In this document: positions 40,046 through 50,049 of the stretch, one piece after another
Numbering within the stretch: the stretch's first letter is position 1
Layout of the letters: the number at the start of each line of letters is the position of its first letter
Source of the DNA: Promethearchaeati archaeon SRVP18_Atabeyarchaeia-1
GTDB lineage: Archaea; Asgardarchaeota; Atabeyarchaeia; Atabeyarchaeales; Atabeyarchaeaceae
Reading direction: 5' to 3'
Length of the DNA stretch: 64,000 nucleotides
Assembly (NCBI GenBank): GCA_037308085.1
Contig: CP147779.1
Span: forward strand, 1,920,001 to 1,984,000
Notes under the pieces: model-generated
Told to the model about the DNA's origin: nothing
Database searches by the model: none
What the model saw: only the letters and a program-made list of their open reading frames with translations
Made by a program: the position numbers and the translations under genes

Positions 40046-40099
40046 GTGAAGTATTGATCTAGGCATCATACTCCGTTGCACTCGGAATACTTTCAAGGC

Positions 40100-42058
40100 T
40101 CAGTGGGTTTGAGCGGTTTCGCTTTCGAGATATTTCCTGTTATATTCTATTACCCTGCTCGTTTTCTCCCCCGACAATTCGTACAATTCGTAGAAAATTC
40201 GATTCACTTCTACTGCTAACTCCCCGATTTTCGAGGGCTTTTGAATTTCCTCGACTAGCTTACATACATTCTCAACTGTCTCTCTTCGTTCGTCTGGGAC
40301 AGGTATGACGGATAGGAAGCTTGGCAGAAAATGGAAATAGCCATCTCCGATCTGAATCCCTTTCCAGATGATGGCGTAGACAAACGAGAAAACATCGGAG
40401 TTAAGGAGACCAGTATAGTAATAGGTTCTCTTTACTCCTTCTTCTCTGCTTTTGACGAATGCAATTGGGAATACGTCCTTTGTCACCCACTCTCCGCTCT
40501 CGTCACAGTAGGCCAACATTCTCTTCGCGTGCTGGCAGAATATTATCTTGGTCCTCTTGAATATCGAAATTGGCGGCAGCGGGTTCCCGAGCTTTCCTAG
40601 GGTAGCATTGTCGTAGTTTATGTAATAGCCAACCCACTCAACCTTGTAGGCGCCAATCTCATTCTTGTGAGCATGGCTTTTGCCGCCGAGATACTTGAAT
40701 TTGTTGTTGCCAGTGATGGTTTCTGAAACGTATTGCTCGCGCATTCCCTTAGAGTGAAATGATACAGTAGTCCGGAACTGCAGAAACTCACCCAACCTAT
40801 GATTGAACCGCTCAAGTATTTGGAAGAATATTTCTTTGTCCAATCCGTTTTCAAAGCAGTAGAAAGGCAACGTTCCCCCAAGAACTCTATATTTGTCTTG
40901 CTCGACATTTACGAACTGGTATTTGTCATGTTCGAAATCATCCTTGCTCTCGATATTACAGACGACCCGACTATACCCGGTCGGCTTTTCCTTTTTCACC
41001 GTGAATAGAATTGGGTATACATCTGTTCCCTCAAAGTAGCCTAGGTTGGAGATGTCACAGATCTCAACTATCTTGTGCCCGTCAAGTATCTTTTTTCTGG
41101 TGCTGTATGCGTAATTGGCAACGAGAAACTTGTCTGGAAGTACGAAACCCAGGTAACCGCCATTGTTGAGTATCTGCAATCCCAGATCAATGAAGCATAC
41201 GTAAATGTCAAACGCACCTTTGGCGATATTTGGGAAATTTCGTCTGCACAGGAGCTTGTCTTTCTTCGGTAGCCTTTTCGCTTCGACGTAGGGTGGATTG
41301 CCAATAACGAGATCGAATTTGCGGGTCCGCAGTGGATTCTCCTCGCTTTGCAGAGTCAGAGCGTTCATGCAAAAGACGTTGAAGGAGATGGACAGATTCT
41401 TCTCTTTGCCCACTGACCTTATCCATATTGGAGAAGTTGACACAAGCAAATTCAACCTTGTCAAACTGCAGGCAAACTCATCTACATCAATTCCGTATAT
41501 CTGGTTCCTTATTTTTTCAAGAAGCCCCTTCGCCCCTAAGTTACCTGTTTTTTCAAGTATCCTCTTAACGCTTGCAGAAAGGAAGACGCCTGCCCCGCAG
41601 GCCAGATCGACTATTTTCGCGTCTTTTGCCGCTACTCCGAATTCCACGGAATCCAATATGTGTTTGACGAGTGTAGGAGGCGTATAGAACCTGCCTAGTA
41701 CCTTCTTGAGCTCTGTATTGATCAGTTTCTCATAAACTGATGACACGATATCAATGCTCTCGGTGCCGCTATATTCGTGCAGGTGCGCCTCAAGCATTTC
41801 GGGATGAGAATCTGCCAGTGCCTTAAAATGTGACTTCGTTCCTATTTGAGACTCTATTAGGCAATCTATCTGCTTCATGAACTTCTTGCCAACTTTGCCA
41901 GCAAGATAAGCCCTAACTATATGAGCATAGAAGACGACAATTGCCTCTTCCGCCGCCAAGCCATATTCACTTCTGATCGAGTTTATTGACGCTACTATAC
42001 CTGCGCTCTCCAAGCCTTTGGTCCCGCCGCGGGTTTCTGTCTTTTGTTCCAGCGTCAT
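40100..42058 (-). CDS. Gamma-class N6-adenine DNA methyltransferase (TaqI/Eco57I-like) with C-terminal target-recognition region
   Basis: RFYTP, DLACGAGVFL, YGIDVD, IGNPPY, GLLNS. Confidence 0.9.
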   Translation of the reverse strand: MTLEQKTETRGGTKGLESAGIVASINSIRSEYGLAAEEAIVVFYAHIVRAYLAGKVGKKFMKQIDCLIESQIGTKSHFKALADSHPEMLEAHLHEYSGTESIDIVSSVYEKLINTELKKVLGRFYTPPTLVKHILDSVEFGVAAKDAKIVDLACGAGVFLSASVKRILEKTGNLGAKGLLEKIRNQIYGIDVDEFACSLTRLNLLVSTSPIWIRSVGKEKNLSISFNVFCMNALTLQSEENPLRTRKFDLVIGNPPYVEAKRLPKKDKLLCRRNFPNIAKGAFDIYVCFIDLGLQILNNGGYLGFVLPDKFLVANYAYSTRKKILDGHKIVEICDISNLGYFEGTDVYPILFTVKKEKPTGYSRVVCNIESKDDFEHDKYQFVNVEQDKYRVLGGTLPFYCFENGLDKEIFFQILERFNHRLGEFLQFRTTVSFHSKGMREQYVSETITGNNKFKYLGGKSHAHKNEIGAYKVEWVGYYINYDNATLGKLGNPLPPISIFKRTKIIFCQHAKRMLAYCDESGEWVTKDVFPIAFVKSREEGVKRTYYYTGLLNSDVFSFVYAIIWKGIQIGDGYFHFLPSFLSVIPVPDERRETVENVCKLVEEIQKPSKIGELAVEVNRIFYELYELSGEKTSRVIEYNRKYLESETAQTH

Positions 42059-42157
42059 AGCTTGGCACGCCCGAGTCTCGATTGGATTCCATGGATGCGT
42101 CTCTCTATTTACCCGTTTGCCACGTCCTCAAACTTGTCTGCAGCTAGGATAACTGCT

Positions 42158-42490
42158 GTGAGCTACCAACCCCTTGAAGGGTGTTGGCTTCCGAGCTTGC
42201 AGGCTACTGTTTCTCTTGCCTGTTCATCCTCGGTTTGTTGGGCTGGCTCATCTGCAGCCCTTCGACCCGCGGCTTTAGCCAAATAAGGCAGGCCGATGTT
42301 CAATGCAGCGTTGTAGTCAGCGTTGAAAGTCATGCTACAATGACGGCCGAAGAGGGTTGATTGATTCATGCGAAGAGTGTGTCTTGAGCGACATTTCCCG
42401 CATGTCTTGGATGTCCACCGTTCATCAACCACAGCTGTCGACAGTCCTCTCTCCGCGGGTTTCTTGCTCAATCCCCTTCTAACTTGGATC
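42158..42490 (-). mobile_element. Degenerate tnpB 3' end with omegaRNA region and right end (TCAC)
   Basis: VDERWTSKTCGKC...FNADYNAALNI; RE GAAG-CCAACAC..GGTTGG-TAGCTCAC, same RE family as the mini-element at 51905. Confidence 0.85.
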
Positions 42491-42536
42491 CAAGTGGGGC
42501 GACAAAAAACCACATCACCGATTGCACGCACATCGT

Positions 42537-42580
42537 GTAAACAGTTATGGTGCTTCGCACCCTTAAAAGAACGATGAAAA
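42537..42580 (+). repeat. ~44-bp dispersed repeat, copy 1 (copy 2 at 45901-45944)
   Basis: GTAAACAGTTATGGTGCTTCGCACCCTTAAAAGAACGATGAAAA vs GTAAACGGCGTGATGCTTCGCATCCTTAAAAGAACTCATGAAAA. Confidence 0.7.
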
Positions 42581-42698
42581 AGAGAGCTTTGGTTGGTTGA
42601 GCGACCACAAAAAGTTTTTCATGGCAAAAAGTGGGAAAAGTCAGGTAATTAGTCGGTAGCGTAGTCGAAGAATTTAGGCTTCGTTCCTAGAACTTCTG

Positions 42699-44618
42699 TC
42701 AACTAAGTAGTATTGAAAGTATCTCTTTTAGTGGGGCGGTTGCCACGCAAACATAGGAGTCTGCCGCACCATAATAGAGGTAAACTGTATTACCGCTTAT
42801 TGTATTACCGCTTACTACGGCACCGCATGGGAAAACTACGTTTCTAACGTAGCCCTCCTTTTCATAGCTTGCAACTGGTTCTAGGAGTGCGCTTGGCGTT
42901 CTTGCGATAATGTTTTCTGGGTTTTCTAAATCTAATAGGATGGCGCCAACCCTATACGTGTTATCGTGTGAAACGCCATGGTAGAAAACGAGCCAACCTG
43001 AGGACGTTTTTATTGGAGGCCCTGCGAGGCCTACTTTCTTCCCATCCCACATCCCTATTCTTGGCCCCAAAAGTTCAAAGTTTAACAGCTTGTCAGGTTC
43101 CACATAGTCGAGAGAATGAATGTAGTCGTAGACAATGTTTACGCTTCCTGCTCTATGGATAAACATGTACTTGCCGCCAATTTTCTCGGGGATTATGCAA
43201 GCATCTTTATCGTCTGTATTTGGGGGTGAGATTACTCGGGGCGTAGACCATTTCCACTCTCGATTAAGAAAATCCTTTACATTTATGGATGTGAGGGCAA
43301 CCTTTGGTGGATTCACGTTGTCGTAGGCTGTATAAAACATGTGAATCTTATCGTCTATCCTCACGACGCGTGGGTCTTCACATCCTGAGTGGCCTGGGGT
43401 CTGCTTAGACTCAAAATCTTCGCGCGGAACGTATATGGGCCCATCTAGCCGCTCATCAATTTTGAAGCCATCTTTGCTAACTGCAAGACCGATTGTTGAT
43501 GTTTTATCGCGTGATAGGGCCCTGTAAAGGATGTATATTTCCCCCTCGAGCTCTATGACGGCGGGGTTGAGAGTTGCTACGCTCTCCCAGTCATGTCCAG
43601 GGTTAGGCTTTATGATTGGGTTGTGGGGCCATCTGTTAAAAACAGGTCTCGTTTTCCATTTCAGGATTTCAGTTATCTCCCTCAATTTGATCGTCGCGAG
43701 GCAACAAGTCATATCCGCTGCGCCATAGAAAAGTTTTACATCCTCCCCCTCTAAAATCGCTGATGTGGGAAAAACAACTCTTGGCACATGCCCATACCAT
43801 TCATAAAACTCTTCAGCAACCAGTAATGGGGAATCTGTCTTAGCGATGACCTTCTTTGGGTTATCTGAATCTAGTAGCAAAGCCTCCACACCGAAGACTC
43901 TATTTTCAGGATTAGGAGAGAAATAGTTTTGGATGTAAGAGTAGACGGCCAGCCAGCCCCCAGCCACCTTGACTGGTGGCGCACCAACCTCTATGTTATC
44001 TTGAGCCTCTCTTCTAGGGTCGGGGGTCAATACATGGTCCTTCAATTCCTTGTACCACTTCCCCATCTCGTCGTACCATAATGCAGGTTCATCTCCAAGC
44101 TGTGCGATTCCTATGTAGGTGGGAGGCCTATCCGTATTAACCGTTAAAACTGCTGTAAGCTTTCCACCAATTCTTTCAGGGAAAAGCGCCATAGCCTTCG
44201 CGTTGAAGGGTGTTACTAAATACTTCCCCTCAATCTTTTCTAGATCTCTGCTTACCGCCACCCCCACCCTTATACCTTCCGCGGCTGGGGGATGCGTAGA
44301 TATGGCGGTGTAAAAAATGTAGTATTGTCCATCAATATAGGTTACTCTTGGGTCTTCACATCCAAATTTCTCCCATTCCTCAATAGGAGAGATGAATCTT
44401 TCCCTATCGTGGAAAAGCAGTGCGTCTTTGCTTTTCGCTATGCCTATCGAACTGAAGCTTGTCCCCTGTTTCTTTAAAAGGTCAGAGGAAGAGACAGCAC
44501 GGTAAAGCATGTAATAGAATTTCTTCCTCTTGACTACACAAGGATTAAAAACGGCGAACGCTTCCCACGCATGCTCCCTGATGGGATACAAGATAGGATT
44601 ATGACTACACCTTCCCAT
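42699..44618 (-). CDS. Tandem two-domain GH130-like glycosidase/phosphorylase
   Basis: Each half has (F/L)NP, LYRA, GCEDPRV, (R/N)VVFP, YYGAAD-like motifs. Confidence 0.9.
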   Translation of the reverse strand: MGRCSHNPILYPIREHAWEAFAVFNPCVVKRKKFYYMLYRAVSSSDLLKKQGTSFSSIGIAKSKDALLFHDRERFISPIEEWEKFGCEDPRVTYIDGQYYIFYTAISTHPPAAEGIRVGVAVSRDLEKIEGKYLVTPFNAKAMALFPERIGGKLTAVLTVNTDRPPTYIGIAQLGDEPALWYDEMGKWYKELKDHVLTPDPRREAQDNIEVGAPPVKVAGGWLAVYSYIQNYFSPNPENRVFGVEALLLDSDNPKKVIAKTDSPLLVAEEFYEWYGHVPRVVFPTSAILEGEDVKLFYGAADMTCCLATIKLREITEILKWKTRPVFNRWPHNPIIKPNPGHDWESVATLNPAVIELEGEIYILYRALSRDKTSTIGLAVSKDGFKIDERLDGPIYVPREDFESKQTPGHSGCEDPRVVRIDDKIHMFYTAYDNVNPPKVALTSINVKDFLNREWKWSTPRVISPPNTDDKDACIIPEKIGGKYMFIHRAGSVNIVYDYIHSLDYVEPDKLLNFELLGPRIGMWDGKKVGLAGPPIKTSSGWLVFYHGVSHDNTYRVGAILLDLENPENIIARTPSALLEPVASYEKEGYVRNVVFPCGAVVSGNTISGNTVYLYYGAADSYVCVATAPLKEILSILLS

Positions 44619-44755
44619 CTCTTAAGACAACCTCCTACCCCGTCAATTACTTGCTCTTATGTTTCTAAGCTTTTCTGTTGTTATCCTGGCAGTTCGCCTG
44701 GCGCCGCCTGTCATAGGATTTTTTGTTCTAGCGCATGCGCAAACTTACGCAGGAT

Positions 44756-45900
44756 CTGACATACTCCCACGGCTAAAGCCTGTGGGGTTCTGAGGCCGTT
44801 GTCGTCCGCAACGTTGCCTCTTGGGGCGTATCAGTGCTGCCCTCCGGCATATCTCTGTCTATGCCGGATTGAGAGACACCTATCTGGCGCAACGCCGCTA
44901 TGTTGAACGACGCGTTGACGTCTGCGTTCTCAACGTGCCCGCATGATGGGCACTTGAAGTGCTTGCCGTTCCTGTGGCCCATGTGACCGCACCTTGAACA
45001 CGTCTGAGACGTGTAGGCTGGTTCAACATAGGCAACGGCTACTCCTCGCAGCTTGGCCTTATACTCCACAAATCTCTGCAGCTGGTAGAAGGACCAACTG
45101 TTCAAGGAATACCTGAACGACTTAGCATGCCTACGGCTTCCGCGGATGCCCTCCAGCCGTTCGAGCTTAATGCCTCTGCCAAGTGATGCAGCTAGGTCAA
45201 CAATCTTCCTGCTAACCTTGTGATTGAGGTCTCTGACGATCCGGCTCTCTCTATTCTTGATCCGCTTAAGCGCTTTGTACCTTCCCCGCTTCTGAAGCTT
45301 CCGCCGGATGTTCATATACTTCCTATGGACATGCTGAGCCCGTTTTCCGAGCTTCCACACCTTGCCCGTCCCGGGATCAGATGCCACAGCAACGTGGCCG
45401 GTGGTGTTGAGGTCAACGCCTACATATCCGCTCGGCTCTACGGGTTCCTCTTCCTTAATGGAGATGGAGACGTAGGCGTACTCGCTGTCTACCTCCACCT
45501 GGCCGATCTTCTCAAAGCTGGGGAAGTGCTGGCATGCCAAGGCGAGCTTCAGGCAGGGGATGGTTATGGTCTGCTTCTCCTTGTCCGCCTTGATGCCTTG
45601 CCCTGGCACGGTGAGGTTGACGTTCCTGATCTTCCTGATTTTCTGGTTTTTGCCGTATTTTCTTAGTATCTGGTTTGCTATGCTGGACTTGAGGCCTATG
45701 TGCTTGACGTCCTTTGAGGAGAAGGTTCGGTGCCTGACCGCGAAGTCTGCTACCTGCCTCGCTTTCCCCAGTCCCTCGGAGAAGTCTCTGCCATGCTTGA
45801 CCTTGTAGGTTAGCAGCATACTCCCATCTAAGGCTTGGCCATATTTATATTCGCCATTCATCCCACCCCTAAAGGGCGTGGGCTTTCTGGCTGCTCTCTT
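44756..45900 (-). mobile_element. tnpB-only IS605-family element; target TTTAC, right end TCAG
   Basis: TTTAC|AAGAGAGCAGCCAGAAAG-CCCAC..GTGGG left end; GAAC-CCCAC..GTGGG-AGTATGTCAG right end. Confidence 0.9.
44773..45819 (-). CDS. tnpB: Compact TnpB (348 aa)
   Basis: VGVDLN, IKLERL, CSRC/CPSC, NADVNASFNI. Confidence 0.95.
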   Translation of the reverse strand: MLLTYKVKHGRDFSEGLGKARQVADFAVRHRTFSSKDVKHIGLKSSIANQILRKYGKNQKIRKIRNVNLTVPGQGIKADKEKQTITIPCLKLALACQHFPSFEKIGQVEVDSEYAYVSISIKEEEPVEPSGYVGVDLNTTGHVAVASDPGTGKVWKLGKRAQHVHRKYMNIRRKLQKRGRYKALKRIKNRESRIVRDLNHKVSRKIVDLAASLGRGIKLERLEGIRGSRRHAKSFRYSLNSWSFYQLQRFVEYKAKLRGVAVAYVEPAYTSQTCSRCGHMGHRNGKHFKCPSCGHVENADVNASFNIAALRQIGVSQSGIDRDMPEGSTDTPQEATLRTTTASEPHRL

Positions 45901-46103
45901 GTAAACGGCGTGATGCTTCGCATCCTTAAAAGAACTCATGAAAACGCGGAGGTTTGCCACATCGTGGTAAACCTCTAATGAACCCAAAAGATGTCTGCAT
46001 AGTTGTTACGTGGCGCCAAAAAGACTTGGAGTTTCATGGTCTGAATGGTCAAAAATAGTTAAAAGGCGCGCGCACCTTCTTAGGAACAGTGGTTTTGGAA
46101 ACC

Positions 46104-47174
46104 ATGTTGGTTAAGTTCTCTGATAATCCGATAATTGCTCCCAGCGAAGACCAGTATTGGGAGAGGTATCAAACCTTTAATTCAGGAGCTATTCTGTTGG
46201 ATGATAAAATCCATCTGGTCTATAGGGCTATTGGTGTTGACGGGATTTCTCGGTTTGGATACGCTGTTTCTAGTGATGGGTTTAGGGTAGATGAAAGACT
46301 CCCGCATCCTATCTATGAGCGAAGGGGTTGCTCGCTTTCCGCGTACCTATCTGCTTCTGGCGGAGGTTTTGGCGGTTGTGAAGACCCGAGACTGGTAAAG
46401 ATTGAAGAGTTAAACAGTATTTACGCGACGTATAATGCTTTCGGCGAAGGATTGAGGGTGGGGATAACCTCTATTCGTGTGGATGACTTCCTCGACAGAA
46501 AATGGAGCTGGAAAGAAGAAAGATTGATCTCTCCACCGGGAGAAGTCAGCAAGAACTTTGCAATCTTCCCAGAGAAGGTCAAAGGGAAATATGCAATCCT
46601 GCAAAGCATATCCCCGAACATTTCAATCACATACCTAGATAGTCTTGACCTTGAAGAAGGGAAGTACATAAGAAGTTGGCATGAAGATGGACTTCCCCCT
46701 GCTGAAGGGGGATGGGAAACATCAGTAAAAAGCCCCGGACCGCCACCATTAAAGACAGAGAGGGGCTGGCTCCTCTTTTACCACGGAGTGGATGAAGGGA
46801 AGTATAAAATAGGTGCCACGCTTTTAGACCTTAAGAACCCGGAAAATGTGCTGTGTACATCAAAGCAGCCAGTTATCGAACCAGACCAAGAATATGAGAA
46901 CAGCGGATTCAAACCAGGAATAGTCTACACCTGTGGTGCTGTAATAAAGGATAAAACACTCCTCGTGTACTATGGTGGAGCCGATACCTGCACGTGCGTA
47001 GCCTACGCATGGCTCGATGAATTTTTAGACGCATTAGAAGAAAAAGGAAAACCGAAACTTGAACCTCCAGCAATCGAAGGGCATGAACTCATTAAAAAGG
47101 AAAAGCAGAAAATTGAGGCCCCAGCAAAGAAAGGACATAGATTCTTTAGAAGAAAAAGGAAAGCCGAAAATTGA
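46104..47174 (+). CDS. Single-domain GH130-like glycosidase
   Basis: TFNSGA, VYRA, GCEDPRL, KNFAIFP, FYHGV, YYGGAD. Confidence 0.9.
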   Translation: MLVKFSDNPIIAPSEDQYWERYQTFNSGAILLDDKIHLVYRAIGVDGISRFGYAVSSDGFRVDERLPHPIYERRGCSLSAYLSASGGGFGGCEDPRLVKIEELNSIYATYNAFGEGLRVGITSIRVDDFLDRKWSWKEERLISPPGEVSKNFAIFPEKVKGKYAILQSISPNISITYLDSLDLEEGKYIRSWHEDGLPPAEGGWETSVKSPGPPPLKTERGWLLFYHGVDEGKYKIGATLLDLKNPENVLCTSKQPVIEPDQEYENSGFKPGIVYTCGAVIKDKTLLVYYGGADTCTCVAYAWLDEFLDALEEKGKPKLEPPAIEGHELIKKEKQKIEAPAKKGHRFFRRKRKAEN

Positions 47175-47196
47175 GGCTCCAGCAATCGGAGGACAC
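47034..47196 (+). repeat. Three degenerate ~55-bp tandem units at the 3' end of the GH130 gene
   Basis: Units encode LEEKGKPKLEPPAIEGH, KKEKQKIEAPAKKGH and, in a shifted frame, LEEKGKPKIEAPAIGGH. Confidence 0.7.
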
Positions 47197-47370
47197 GATG
47201 ACCACGCTGGGATAGCAGAAGAATCCGAGCATTGAAGCCATGACTACTAGGAAGCGTGTTCACCATTCAATCCATGTTTTGCACAGAAACAAAGGTTGCT
47301 CGTAGAAAAGCGGCGCATTGTTAAGCAATCTGACTTGACGGACGGACGGTTGGTATGAATTGTGATGAGC

Positions 47371-47859
47371 TCATTCTTGTTTGTAGGATGACCCTCTTAT
47401 CTTCCCTAGAAAGACATTCAACTTTCTGTAATAACCCTTCGTGCCGATCTCTCCCTTCTTTAGGTCTAAGATTGCTGCCGGCGCCTTCCTAGTGAGGGAT
47501 TCCATCGCGCCAAAGACCTTCGACGCCTCAGAACTCGCCTTCGTACAGAAAAACGCAACCTTCCGGATGGTTCTCCCGTGCTTAACCAAGAAAGCCCGCA
47601 CAGGACTAGACAGGCGCCCCGCCCACACAGGCGTCCCGACAATAACAATATCAAAATGCTTCATCTTAGCTGCAACTGGGTTAATTTTAGCAGGCTTCTG
47701 TCGGTAAGCCTGATACCCCGATCGCATAAACCCAAAGAAACCCTTGCGGCCTTTGGGTTCCGTGATTTCCTCGATTTCACAGTGCAATCGATCTGCAATA
47801 GCTTGCGCGACCCTGCGGGTAGTTCCATCCCGTGAAAAGAATACTACAAGTGCATTCAC
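47371..47859 (-). CDS. Flavodoxin-like protein
   Basis: VFFSRDGTTRRVA, VGTPVWAG, VAFFCT. Confidence 0.9.
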   Translation of the reverse strand: MNALVVFFSRDGTTRRVAQAIADRLHCEIEEITEPKGRKGFFGFMRSGYQAYRQKPAKINPVAAKMKHFDIVIVGTPVWAGRLSSPVRAFLVKHGRTIRKVAFFCTKASSEASKVFGAMESLTRKAPAAILDLKKGEIGTKGYYRKLNVFLGKIRGSSYKQE

Positions 47860-47944
47860 GATGAATCACTGGCAAACACTATTCACGTCTTCCTATATGA
47901 GAATTCACATGAGACTTTTGTTAACCTGCATCACAAAACCCGAT

Positions 47945-48489
47945 TCACGTCGATCGAATCTTCTTGTCGGGGATACTGTAGGTGTTGCCGTACTGCTTCA
48001 GGGGGATTGACCTGACTTCGCTCTTGAATCTAAGCCTGCCCGCCTTGTGTCCGTTTGCCTTGAGGTTGGCTAGTCCCTTCATGTTGTCGAGGGTTCGGGT
48101 GATTATGCTCTGCTTCATCTGTGAGGATAGGTGGGATATTCTGCGTGTCTCGAAGTGGTCTTTGACCTTGACTGGGACCTCCTGTATCTCCTTGTAGTCA
48201 AGCGCAGCTGCGCCGCCCCGGGATATGAGGAAGTTGTATAGCCACTTGGCTTCCAGGAAGAGCAGCGCAAAATGCTCCCTCGTGGCGCGGCTTAGGTGTG
48301 AGTGGTCGAGCTTCACATGGTACGCCTTGCAGGCTTGGCTCCTCCGCTTCTCCCGGGTGGCCCTCAGGGAGGCTCTGATGGTCTCGCTCTTCAGCATACC
48401 TCTCTCCACGTACCAACCAGGTACGTGCCTCAATATAAGTGCACCATTCATCCCACCCCAAAAGGGCATGGGCATTCTGGCTCGACTTG
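47945..48489 (-). mobile_element. 3'-truncated IS605-family element: left end plus N-terminal third of tnpB (ORF from 48397)
   Basis: TTTAC|CAAGTCGAGCCAGAATG-CCCAT..GTGGG; LFLEAKWLYN...GRLRFKS...LKQYG, then stops before RuvC. Confidence 0.85.
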
Positions 48490-48590
48490 GTAAAAGGACG
48501 TTGGAACCTTTAGGTAACCACCAGTGATAACCATAAGTAACTGGGGCACCTGACTGTTGACACTCTTGCTCGCGCTATGCTGAGCGCTCG

Positions 48591-48935
48591 TTACGATCCT
48601 ATTTCCTCAAGCTTGTCTATGAACTTGCTGTACCAGCAGTTGAACTCTTCGTTGGACGCGACATGTAGTTCTATGGGTGCGTCTATAGTAGAGTAGATCT
48701 TTGCTTCGACCTCATATACTTGGTCCCGAGTCACACCATCAACTACGATGAGAATATCTATGTCGCTCATCGCTGTCTGTCTGCCCTTTGTGACTGAGCC
48801 AAACACGTAAACTCTGGAGCCTGTCAAGAACGTGTCTACGATGCGCTTAACCTTCCGCGCCACTTCCTTATAATTCTTGATCTGGTTCAATGCCTTGGTT
48901 CCTGATTCCACGAGCAGCTCAAATCCTTTCGACAA
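48591..48935 (-). CDS. Minimal nucleotidyltransferase
   Basis: VFGSVTKGRQTAMSDIDIL. Confidence 0.9.
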   Translation of the reverse strand: MSKGFELLVESGTKALNQIKNYKEVARKVKRIVDTFLTGSRVYVFGSVTKGRQTAMSDIDILIVVDGVTRDQVYEVEAKIYSTIDAPIELHVASNEEFNCWYSKFIDKLEEIGS

Positions 48936-49305
48936 TGGGTTTGAACACCTCTTTCACGAATTTCAGCATGCTCTTGACTTCGCTCCCCTCGTAGCGTCTG
49001 GGCAAATACCTGGCGCCAATGTACGCGTCCTCAACCTTAGTTAGATACAGCATGTTTTCGGAGTCGTCTAGGAAGTCTTTGAGCGCTGGTGCGATCACCG
49101 TAAGTTCACGCAAAAGTCTTATGACCGAGTGGATCATAGGATAGGTGCCGGCCTTGATTAGCAGCTTATACTTAAGCATAAGCTGGCAGTATTGCTCAAT
49201 GTTGAAAGCAGCCAAGTCTAGGACACCTTCTCCGACCAGCTTCTCGGCATTCTTCAAAAAAGCTTCAGCCCTTTCCTTGAAGAGCTCAGCATCTTCAAAA
49301 GACAT
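48919..49305 (-). CDS. HEPN domain protein
   Basis: AAFNIEQ, YPMIHS, AYIGARY. Confidence 0.88.
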   Translation of the reverse strand: MSFEDAELFKERAEAFLKNAEKLVGEGVLDLAAFNIEQYCQLMLKYKLLIKAGTYPMIHSVIRLLRELTVIAPALKDFLDDSENMLYLTKVEDAYIGARYLPRRYEGSEVKSMLKFVKEVFKPIVERI

Positions 49306-49453
49306 GGCAATTACGACCTATCAGAATTCTCAACATTCCACGCTAGCGCCATACTTGCTTATCTATTCTATCCATTCCAACGACACATTTCGCCTCTCTA
49401 AACAGTTCCAGTCAATGTGGGTTTACATAGGTATATGTCATACAAGTTTACGT

Positions 49454-50049
49454 ATGCCTGAAAGACTTTACACTCCAAGAGAAACCTGTATTCTCCTAGG
49501 CGTGCATCCTAGGACAGTTCAGAAGTGGGACAAAGAGGGGAAAATAAGGGTTGCCAGGACACCGGGTAGAAGAAGAAGGATACCAGAATCAGAGATAAGG
49601 ACGCTACAAGGCGAAACGGGATCAGGGTCTCGATCGGGTACGCTAGGGTGTCGTCACGAGATCAGTCGGACGACCTGGAACACGGGGTAGAGTATACAAA
49701 GTCTAAAGGCGCAAGCAAAGCGATAAGGGACATGGACAGCAGGCCCAATGAGAAGAGGAGAGGCTACACAAAACTAGGAAAAGTGCTTTCTAACGAGGTG
49801 GGGAAGGTCACAGTGACACACGCAGACAGGCTCACAAGATTCGGATTCGAAACATTAGAGCAGGTGTTTCAAGCACATGGCGCCGAAATCGATGTGCTGA
49901 ACGAGGCTAACCTGAAGACGCCGCAACAGGAACTGGTGGAAGCCCTTATTGCGATAATATCGTGCTTCTCAGGCAAACCCTAGGGTCTCAGGAGCCGCAA
50001 GTACAAGGAGGTTGTTGAAAGCGCTAAGAACCTATTCACTCAGTCATAA
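49454..50049 (+). pseudogene. tnpA: IS607 serine transposase, frameshifted near 49620 with an in-frame TAG at 49981
   Basis: LGVHPRTVQKWDKEGKI...RRRIPESEI, then in another frame IGYARVSS...DRLTRFGF...ELVEAL...FSGKP*GLRS. Confidence 0.88.

Noticed and set aside
42787-42815. Short coding duplication (SGNTISGNTV) in the GH130 C-terminus
   Set aside because: Single in-frame slippage event in a probable loop; no wider pattern.
49981-49983. In-frame TAG as pyrrolysine read-through in IS607 tnpA
   Set aside because: The gene also has a frameshift and degenerate motifs, and no pyl genes are in the window; decay is the simpler explanation.
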